Below, in pieces: positions 56,855-63,447 of a stretch of 63,447 bases of DNA. The stretch is taken from positions 1 to 63,447 of the forward strand of contig JAOZPD010000001.1 in the NCBI GenBank assembly GCA_029932935.1, given 5' to 3'. Position 1 is the first letter of the stretch. Each line of letters opens with the position of its first letter. A program made the translations under genes and the position numbers. Source of the DNA: Candidatus Omnitrophota bacterium. GTDB lineage: Bacteria; Omnitrophota; Gorgyraeia; Gygaellales; JAHJCI01. The notes beneath the pieces are model-generated. The model was not told where the DNA came from. It ran no database searches and worked only from the letters and a program-made list of their open reading frames with translations.

Positions 56855-58282
56855 CTATTTACCTATACAGAACTGACTGAATATCCTATCTAATAATTCC
56901 TCGGAGAAACGCCTGCCCAGAATCTCATCGATATAATTGATGGACTCTCTCATATATTGCGAGATAAATTCATAAGAGAGTCCCTTTTTAGCCGACCTAT
57001 ATGCCGAACTGACCAACCTCTCTATTCTTTTAAGATGCTGTATATGCCTAAGATTACTAACCCATACTCTCTCATTTGATTTAATTCTACCACTAAATAC
57101 AAATTGAGCAATCTCCTCTTCTAATAGATTAATATTCCTCTGCTTCTTTGCTGATATCTTGACTATGCGTTGGAATCTGCGCATAATCTCCTCATATGCA
57201 ATCTTCTGCTTCAGGTCTATCTTGTTGATTATAGCTAAAGTAGGTCTTGCCTGAATCTTGTGCATTAAGACTCTATCCTCAGGCGACAGCCTCTTGCTGC
57301 CGTCAAAAACAAGCAGAATCAAATCTGCTTCATCTATATATTGTTTACTGCGTGAGACTGCCTTCCTTTCGATTAGGTCATTCGGCTCAATTATCCCTGC
57401 AGTATCTACAATCCTTATGGGTATCCCCTTTATATCTAAAATATCCTCAATAATATCGCGAGTGGTCCCTGCTATAGGAGTTACTATCGAACGCTCACAT
57501 CTTAGTAGGGCATTCAGAAGAGAGGATTTCCCTGCATTGGGCTTCCCACAGATTACTACCTTTATGCCATCACGAAAGATTCTACCCTTATCAGAACCCT
57601 GCAAGGTATATCTTATTCTCTGTCCTATACGCTCTAAGATACTAATGATATCTTCTGTCTTAATCCTCTCTAAATTCTCCTCAGGGAAATCAATATTTGC
57701 CTCTAAGACGGTAAGTAATCTCAACAGCTCCCTTCTTATCTCGGAGAGCCTTCTTGATAATCCGCCCTTCAACTGCTCAACACTTAAGCTTAGAGCAGAA
57801 TCTGTTTTCGCCCTGATAATATCTAAGACTGCCTCGGCCTGAGCCAAATCTATCCGTCCGTTCAGAAAGGCACGCTGGGTAAATTCGCCAGGTTTAGCCA
57901 AACGAGCACCGAAATCCAAAACCAACTCTAAGGTCTTCCTTAAAGGGATAATCCCTCCATGGCAATTAATCTCAACGACATCCTCCCGCGTATAGCTTCG
58001 CGGTCTGCGCATCACGGTCAATATTACCTCATCAATAACCTCATGGTCTTCCTTCATTCGGGTGGGAGCTTGGTTATCTTTGTATTTTGAGGGCCTGACA
58101 ATTAATCCATAGTGAGTAGTATAGGTTTTAAATTTAGAGGGCCTCTCTCTGTGTTTAGAAACAAAAATCTTATCTGCAATAGACAACGCCCTCCTGCCAC
58201 TTATCCTGACAATACCAATACCAGATTCGCCCAATGGCGTAGCTATTGCTGCAATTGTATCATCCAAATTAATAAGGGACAT
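56855..58282 (-). CDS. mnmE: tRNA modification GTPase MnmE
   Basis: 475 aa. DTIAAIATPLGESGIGIVRISG, G-domain GKPNAGKSSLLNAL, DTAG, NKID, and the C-terminal ...FCIGK. Confidence 0.93.
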   Translation of the reverse strand: MSLINLDDTIAAIATPLGESGIGIVRISGRRALSIADKIFVSKHRERPSKFKTYTTHYGLIVRPSKYKDNQAPTRMKEDHEVIDEVILTVMRRPRSYTREDVVEINCHGGIIPLRKTLELVLDFGARLAKPGEFTQRAFLNGRIDLAQAEAVLDIIRAKTDSALSLSVEQLKGGLSRRLSEIRRELLRLLTVLEANIDFPEENLERIKTEDIISILERIGQRIRYTLQGSDKGRIFRDGIKVVICGKPNAGKSSLLNALLRCERSIVTPIAGTTRDIIEDILDIKGIPIRIVDTAGIIEPNDLIERKAVSRSKQYIDEADLILLVFDGSKRLSPEDRVLMHKIQARPTLAIINKIDLKQKIAYEEIMRRFQRIVKISAKKQRNINLLEEEIAQFVFSGRIKSNERVWVSNLRHIQHLKRIERLVSSAYRSAKKGLSYEFISQYMRESINYIDEILGRRFSEELLDRIFSQFCIGK

Positions 58283-58401
58283 CCTTCCACCCCATCGAGG
58301 GACATCCTCCGTGCCAATTACAAAGGTGTCCCTGGCGAGTAAATCTTGAATTTCGAAATCCTCTTAGGGACACCTTCCCGATTGGCTGGAAGGATGTCCC
58401 T
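58275..58401. repeat. GGGACATCC-core nested palindromic repeat element (locus 2)
   Basis: Copies at 58276-58284, 58299-58307, 58325-58332 (GGTGTCCC), 58367-58374 (GGGACACC) and 58392-58400 (GGATGTCCC). The outer 14-bp IR pairs 58275-58288 with 58388-58401, and the inner 11-bp IR pairs 58323-58333 with 58366-58376. There is also GCCAAT/ATTGGC (58313-58318 / 58381-58386). A 32-nt module (58276-58307) is 26/32 identical to 13952-13983. Confidence 0.7.
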
Positions 58402-58410
58402 AAGGATAAG

Positions 58411-59811
58411 CTAATTATTTTTAAGGAGAGTGCGTACCTCACCTACCAAGAATAAAGAGCCAGTAACTAAAATCAAATCCTGAGGCCTGGCTTTTTGTCT
58501 TGCCAGCTCTACAGCACTTCTTGAATCTCTAAATTTAAATATTTGCTGAGGAATCTCCTCTAAATGCCTTCTAATGATATCTTCAATATCTTCTATATCT
58601 GCTGCGCGAGGATTATCTGCCTGAGTAAGAATAACCTCCTTACTTAATGGAACAAGCAACTGCACAATTCTCATTATATCCTTATCCCGAGAAACTCCTA
58701 ATACTAATACTATTCCCTTCTCAGGAAAGGTTTCCGTGAGTGTCTTGCGTAATGACTGCGCAGAGGCATGGTTCTGCGCACCATCAAGAATAAACATAGG
58801 CTCTCCCATAATAATTTCAAATCTCCCCGGCCATTTGGTATTGAATAAACCATCTCTTATTACCTTAAGGTTAAAGTCTATGCCGTAATATTTATTTAAA
58901 ACCGAGATAGCTGTTACTGCTAAGGTAGCATTAATCAACTGGTGTTCTCCTAATAATCTTATCTTTAAGTCATTAATTCTACCTAACACTCCATCTATAT
59001 CAAAGCTCTGATAATCATGCCGTAGTTGCCTTCTCTGAAACATTATATCTCTTCCAATCTCGTATAGAATCGCATTCTGCCGCAGACACCTGTTTCTTAT
59101 TATCTCCATAACCTCCTGTGCCTGAGGTGCTGTGGCGACCACATGACCAAAACCTACAGAAGATCCCTGGCTCCCTCCGCTCTTAATAATACCTACCTTC
59201 TCTGAAGCAATCTCCGTCAAGGTATTCCCTAACTGTCTTGTGTGTTCGTAGTTTATGGATGTAATCACAGCAAGCAAAGGATTAACCACATTAGTAGCAT
59301 CCAACCTCCCCCCTAAGCCTGTCTCAAGGACAGCAAAGTCTATACCCTTTTCTCTAAAATATATAAACGCCAGGGCAGTGTATACCTCAAAAAAGGAAAG
59401 GATACCATATTTAGACTGCGAATTATACCGTTCGATCTCCGGTTTTAATCTCTCTATCAATACACTCAATTCCTCATGCGAAATCATCCCCTCGAATTCG
59501 TCTGTGGAATTTTTATCTCCTGGGTTTAGAATACGAATCCTCTCCCTGAAGTCTGAGAGATGCGGCGAGGTATAAAGACCAACCCTAAATCCAGCCTCAC
59601 GCAATATATAAGCTATAAAAGCGCAGGTGGAGCCCTTTCCTTTTGTACCAGCGATATGAACACACTTAATATCTTCCTGGGGGTTCTCTACTATCTCAAG
59701 AAAATGCTTTATTCTCTCCAATTTAAATGACTGCTTATAAGAATATCCTGCTGTTTTCTCATAATCAATAAATGAATTCAAATATTCAATTACTTCTGGA
59801 TAGGTCATCAT
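58411..59811 (-). CDS. folC: bifunctional folylpolyglutamate synthase/dihydrofolate synthase
   Basis: 466 aa. HIAGTKGKGST (P-loop), and the Mur-ligase-like ETGLGGRLDATN. Confidence 0.92.
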   Translation of the reverse strand: MMTYPEVIEYLNSFIDYEKTAGYSYKQSFKLERIKHFLEIVENPQEDIKCVHIAGTKGKGSTCAFIAYILREAGFRVGLYTSPHLSDFRERIRILNPGDKNSTDEFEGMISHEELSVLIERLKPEIERYNSQSKYGILSFFEVYTALAFIYFREKGIDFAVLETGLGGRLDATNVVNPLLAVITSINYEHTRQLGNTLTEIASEKVGIIKSGGSQGSSVGFGHVVATAPQAQEVMEIIRNRCLRQNAILYEIGRDIMFQRRQLRHDYQSFDIDGVLGRINDLKIRLLGEHQLINATLAVTAISVLNKYYGIDFNLKVIRDGLFNTKWPGRFEIIMGEPMFILDGAQNHASAQSLRKTLTETFPEKGIVLVLGVSRDKDIMRIVQLLVPLSKEVILTQADNPRAADIEDIEDIIRRHLEEIPQQIFKFRDSRSAVELARQKARPQDLILVTGSLFLVGEVRTLLKNN

Positions 59812-59828
59812 ATCATATATAAATATTT

Positions 59829-59883
59829 ACCCCCGTACCTTTGTTAGAGTTGGCTTTTTCTAAATAAACAAAGACGCGGGGGT
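59829..59883 (-). promoter_or_regulatory. extended hairpin between purH and folC (terminator/attenuator candidate)
   Basis: Arms ACCCCCGTACCTTTGTT (59829-59845) and AACAAAGACGCGGGGGT (59867-59883): 14 Watson-Crick pairs, 1 G-U and 2 mismatches, with a 21-nt loop. On the minus strand it is followed by AAAUAUUUAUAUAU, not a clean U-tract. It ends 17 nt before the folC ATG. Confidence 0.3.
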
Positions 59884-59915
59884 ATATAAACAGAAACAAT
59901 CTCTGTTCAATCTAA

Positions 59916-61469
59916 TTAATGCCTGAAATGCCTCCTGCCTGTTATAACCATAGCAATCTTATATCTATCGCAGGCTCTGATAATCTCCTCATCGGCGATT
60001 GAGCCTCCGGGCTGAATAATAGCCCTTACGCCCGCACGCCCTGCCTTAAGAATAGCATCCGCTTTAGGGAAAAAGGCGTCGGAGGCAAGGCAAGAACCCT
60101 TGGCGAGTTCTCCTGCTTTTCTTTTAGCAATAATTACCGAATCCACACGAGACATCTGGCCTGCTCCAATACCTACAGTACGAGTCCCTCGAGCCAGAAC
60201 AATGGCGTTAGACTTTACATGCTTAGCCACCTTCCAGGCAAAGATAAGGGTAAACAATTGACTCTTAGTCGGTTTTTTTCTGGTTACTACCTTGAGATTG
60301 GTTATCTCATCTAAATTTATATCTTTATCCTGGACCAATAATCCTGAACTTATCCTCTTGAAGTCAAACTCACTTACTGGCTGTAGATTGCTCAATTCCA
60401 ACAATCGCAGATTCTTCTTCTGCTTAAGAGCATCTAAAGCCTTCCTATCAAAAGCAGGAGCAATCACACACTCTATGAATCCACTCTTCAGTATTAGCCT
60501 CGCGGTCTCTATATCAACCTTTCTATTCAATCCTACAATACTACCAAAAGCAGAAAGGCTATCGCACCTCCATGCATTTAGATAAGCTAGAGCCAGAGAT
60601 TTATCCTCAGCTACACCACAGGGATTGTTATGTTTGGTTACTACTGCCGCCGGCTGTTTAAATTCAATCAGCAACTCCCAGGTACTATTTAGGTCTAAGA
60701 TATTATTAAAGGAGAGTTCCTTACCATGCAGCTGCCTTAGATTAATCAGACCTGCCCCAGACTGTCTCCTTTTATAGAAAGCTGCTCTCTGATGAGGATT
60801 CTCTCCATAGCGCAAATCCTGGATTTTGGTAAATTCCAATCTTATCTCTTCAGGAAACTTATCATTCTCTTTGGTAATCTGTGTCTTATTTAAATAATTA
60901 TAAATTGCGCTATCGTAACGGGCTGTAGAATTAAAAACCTCAATAGCCAGCTCTTTAGCTGTATCAATACTTACTGCTGCTCCATTCTGCTTAAGCTCCT
61001 CTGATATTCTCTTATACTGCCCAGGATTAGAAACGACTACAACAGACTGATGATTCTTTGCTGCGGAGCGTAACATAGAGGGGCCACCAATATCAATATT
61101 CTCAATCGCTTCCTCTCTGCTAACCCCTTCGCGGGCAACTGTCTTTTCAAATGGATAAAGATTCACTACCACCATGTCTATCAATCCTATATCCTGTTCC
61201 CTTAATGTCTGCATGTGCTGAGAATTATCTCTAAGAGCCAGCAATCCGGCATGAATCTTAGGATGCAGAGTCTTCACTCTCCCATTAAGCATCTCAGGGA
61301 ATCCCGTGTAATCTGAGACGTCAACTACCGGAATATCATTCTCTTTAAGCAGCCTAGCTGTCCCTCCTGTAGAAAGAATCTCTACCCCCAACTCCTTCAG
61401 CTGGCGAGCAAAATCAACAATACCAGTCTTATCCGATACACTGATTAATGCCCTCTTGATCCTTATCAT
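59916..61469 (-). CDS. purH: bifunctional AICAR transformylase/IMP cyclohydrolase
   Basis: Start at ATG 61469 (SD GGAGGAGAGG) gives MIRIKRALISVSDKTGIVDFA. GGTARLL, VKTLHPKIHAG, and the C-terminal IQPGGSIADEE. The ORF-track N-terminal 18 aa is an extension. Confidence 0.95.
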   Translation of the reverse strand: MIRIKRALISVSDKTGIVDFARQLKELGVEILSTGGTARLLKENDIPVVDVSDYTGFPEMLNGRVKTLHPKIHAGLLALRDNSQHMQTLREQDIGLIDMVVVNLYPFEKTVAREGVSREEAIENIDIGGPSMLRSAAKNHQSVVVVSNPGQYKRISEELKQNGAAVSIDTAKELAIEVFNSTARYDSAIYNYLNKTQITKENDKFPEEIRLEFTKIQDLRYGENPHQRAAFYKRRQSGAGLINLRQLHGKELSFNNILDLNSTWELLIEFKQPAAVVTKHNNPCGVAEDKSLALAYLNAWRCDSLSAFGSIVGLNRKVDIETARLILKSGFIECVIAPAFDRKALDALKQKKNLRLLELSNLQPVSEFDFKRISSGLLVQDKDINLDEITNLKVVTRKKPTKSQLFTLIFAWKVAKHVKSNAIVLARGTRTVGIGAGQMSRVDSVIIAKRKAGELAKGSCLASDAFFPKADAILKAGRAGVRAIIQPGGSIADEEIIRACDRYKIAMVITGRRHFRH

Positions 61470-61583
61470 CTTAAACCTCTCCTCCTGAACTGATATAATC
61501 AAACATCCAAACAAAAACAACACTCCACATATATAAAAATCCTCTCCTGTTTAGCCGTATACCGCCTGGAACAGAAGTAATTA

Positions 61584-62288
61584 TTATTTATTAAAACGGA
61601 ACTTTATCAAATCTCCGTCTTGAACAATATACTCCTTTCCCTCCAAGCGAAGATGATTATTTGCCCTTGCCTGAGTTATCCCTCCGTCATTTACCAGATC
61701 AACAAAAGCAATCACCTCTGCCCGGATAAACCCTTTCTGAATATCGCTATGTATTAAACCGGAGGCCTGCCAGCAGTTAATTCCCTTCTTTATCGACCAA
61801 GCACGTGCCTCTTTCTCATTAGCCGTGAAAAATGCAATATAACCAAAATAACTATAGGCCTGGCATAATAGTTGAGTCCTCTCCTGCGCCTCCTGAGCAC
61901 CCACCAGAAAGATAGATTTACTGCTTAAGAAGGGGTATCCGGAAATAATACCCTTCTCCTGTTCGCTTAATTCTAACTCAGAAATAAACCCCTCCTTCTC
62001 CAACTGCTCCTTAAATCTGCTTAACAATCTTTTCTCCTGCTCCTGAAGGTCACCGCTGAGCCTCTTCTCAATAAACTCCAAATCAGCAAGTATCAGATCG
62101 GCCTTATTATCTCTTAATGTAATTATACCATCTGACTCTTTGAGTTTATCAAAGTCAGTAAGTAACTCTACCTGAATGTAAGCGCACTTAGCAGAATGGG
62201 CCATTTGTTTTACCGTATCTAAACGCTGATCTATAATCTTCTCTTTACCAGCAGTGAAATCATCCAGTCCAAAAATACCAATCTTCAC
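61584..62288 (-). CDS. YchF-like protein lacking the P-loop (DUF933/TGS-like C-terminal domain retained)
   Basis: 234 aa. The N-terminus MKIGIFGLDDFTAGKE replaces the canonical G(I/L)VGLPNVGKST. The coiled-coil insert DLILADLEFIEKRL and the C-terminal AWSIKKG...GLIHSDIQKGFIRAEVI...EGKEYIVQDGDLIKFRFN match YchF. Confidence 0.7.
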   Translation of the reverse strand: MKIGIFGLDDFTAGKEKIIDQRLDTVKQMAHSAKCAYIQVELLTDFDKLKESDGIITLRDNKADLILADLEFIEKRLSGDLQEQEKRLLSRFKEQLEKEGFISELELSEQEKGIISGYPFLSSKSIFLVGAQEAQERTQLLCQAYSYFGYIAFFTANEKEARAWSIKKGINCWQASGLIHSDIQKGFIRAEVIAFVDLVNDGGITQARANNHLRLEGKEYIVQDGDLIKFRFNK

Positions 62289-62352
62289 TCTAAATAGACC
62301 TTGCCTTTCTTTTCTTAGATCTCACCCTTAAGACAAAACAACTTAACAGGGA

Positions 62353-63447
62353 TTAAACTTGTTCTTCCTTTTTCTTTTCTGCTTGATATTTGCTGATAAT
62401 ATCATTGGCTATCTTGGCAGGAACCTGTTCGTAGTGGGAAAATTTCATTGTGTAGCTACCCCGGCCGCCGGTCATGGAGCGTAGATCGTTGGCATAGGTG
62501 AACATCTGGGTAAGGGGAACCTGTGCCTTTACTGCCTGATTCTTCCCCTTTATCTCCATTCCCATTACTCGGCCACGGCGAGAATTAAGATCGCCGGAAA
62601 TCTGACCTAAATATTCCTCAGGAATAAATACCTCCACTTCCATTATTGGCTCAAGAAGAACTGGACCGGCAGCCAACGCTGCCTTCCTCAGGGCCATCGC
62701 CCCAGCAATCTGAAAAGCAATATCTGAAGAATCCACCTCATGATAGGAGCCGTCATAAAGAACCACCCGGATATCTACTAAGGGATAACCAGCCAGTACC
62801 CCCTCTGACATCGCTTGCCTTACACCCTTTTCCACCGAAGGGATGAAATTACGCGGTATCGCTCCTCCCACAATCTTATCAACAAACTCAAACTCCTTTC
62901 CTCTCTCTAATGGACTTACCTCAATCCAGGCATCGCCATACTGCCCCCTGCCCCCAGACTGACGCTTATATTTACCTTGCACCCGGGCAGTCTTGGTAAT
63001 TGTCTCCTTATAGGCGACCTTGGGTGTCCCCAAATCTACCTGCACATTAAACCTCTTTTTCAGACGGTTAATCATTACATCTAAATGCAAATCACCCAAT
63101 CCAGAGATGATTAATTCCTTGGTCTGTTGATCGCGGGAGACCTTAAATGTAGGGTCCTCCGCCACCAGCTTAGCCAGAGCCTGAGAGATCTTCTCCTCAT
63201 CCTGGCGGGAACGCGGTTTTACTGAAGCCGAAATCATAACCTCTGGGAAACTCAAGGTCTTAAAAATTATGGGGTGCTTCTGGTCAGCAAGGGAATCTTG
63301 TGTTTGGGTCTGCTTTAGTTTCGGTATAGCTACAATATCTCCACAGACAGCCTCCTCAACCGGCCTCTGCTCTTTACCCTGCAGAAGGTATATCTGACCG
63401 AACCGCTCCGTAACCTTCTTGGTTACGTTATAAAAACTACTATTAGT
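62353..63447 (-). CDS. fusA: elongation factor G, C-terminal ~365 codons; 5' end runs off the right window edge
   Basis: The frame is open from 63447. My translation reads TNSSFYNVTKKVTERFGQIYLLQGKEQRPVEEAVCGDIVAIPKL... and then joins the ORF-track sequence (FPEVMISASVKPRSRQDEEKISQALAKLVAEDPTFKV, domains III-V). Confidence 0.93.
   Translation of the reverse strand, partial: TNSSFYNVTKKVTERFGQIYLLQGKEQRPVEEAVCGDIVAIPKLKQTQTQDSLADQKHPIIFKTLSFPEVMISASVKPRSRQDEEKISQALAKLVAEDPTFKVSRDQQTKELIISGLGDLHLDVMINRLKKRFNVQVDLGTPKVAYKETITKTARVQGKYKRQSGGRGQYGDAWIEVSPLERGKEFEFVDKIVGGAIPRNFIPSVEKGVRQAMSEGVLAGYPLVDIRVVLYDGSYHEVDSSDIAFQIAGAMALRKAALAAGPVLLEPIMEVEVFIPEEYLGQISGDLNSRRGRVMGMEIKGKNQAVKAQVPLTQMFTYANDLRSMTGGRGSYTMKFSHYEQVPAKIANDIISKYQAEKKKEEQV

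Noticed and set aside
57258-57842. 194-aa plus-strand ORF inside mnmE, and the overlapping 57247-57453 ORF.
   Set aside because: Antisense to the well-supported MnmE G-domain, with no start signals and a compositionally biased product.
61562-61569. CCGCCTGG upstream of purH, which resembles the conserved 3' element of the ZTP (pfl) riboswitch that often controls purH.
   Set aside because: The motif is on the plus strand, while purH is transcribed on the minus strand. The rest of the ZTP consensus is not apparent in the 114-nt leader.

Overview
This is an AT-rich, tightly packed chromosomal segment from a diderm bacterium, judged from Lnt, an LptE-like lipoprotein, a BamD-like TPR protein, an OprO/P-like porin and MurJ. 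It carries about 65 protein genes, almost all on the minus strand, plus two tRNAs (Ala-GGC, Leu-CAA). I saw no rRNA, CRISPR array, transposase, integrase or phage genes.

Most of the window is housekeeping:
- secA, and prfB with its canonical +1 frameshift
- uvrC, murJ, rpsT, leuS, rlmN, accA
- folE, mnmE, folC, purH, fusA
- an nfeD-floA pair and a comEA-comEC pair

Accessory content:
1. A 10-gene Wsp/Frz-like chemosensory operon (19.2-29.6 kb) with a porin gene and a periplasmic binding-protein gene embedded in it.
2. A c-di-GMP neighbourhood: two PilZ proteins and a 7TM-GAF-HD-GYP protein.
3. A convergent island at 48.8-54.9 kb, which is my best candidate for an undescribed system. It pairs a DUF885-like / permuted ATP-grasp / methyltransferase operon with a promoter-driven 27-aa Lys-rich peptide gene and a PilZ + radical SAM/SPASM operon. 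The radical SAM enzyme has a roughly 105-aa N-terminal extension.

Other non-obvious signals:
- A second tiny Lys/Arg-rich ORF with its own SD and intrinsic terminator.
- A GGGACATCC-core palindromic repeat family in two intergenic regions. One copy covers the mnmE start codon.
- Back-to-back consensus promoters that share a palindromic -35.
- A P-loop-less YchF-like protein.

All functional calls rest on motifs I recognised by eye in the supplied translations. No database search was run. Several ORF-track starts are non-ATG upstream extensions and I trimmed them where a better ATG and SD were visible.
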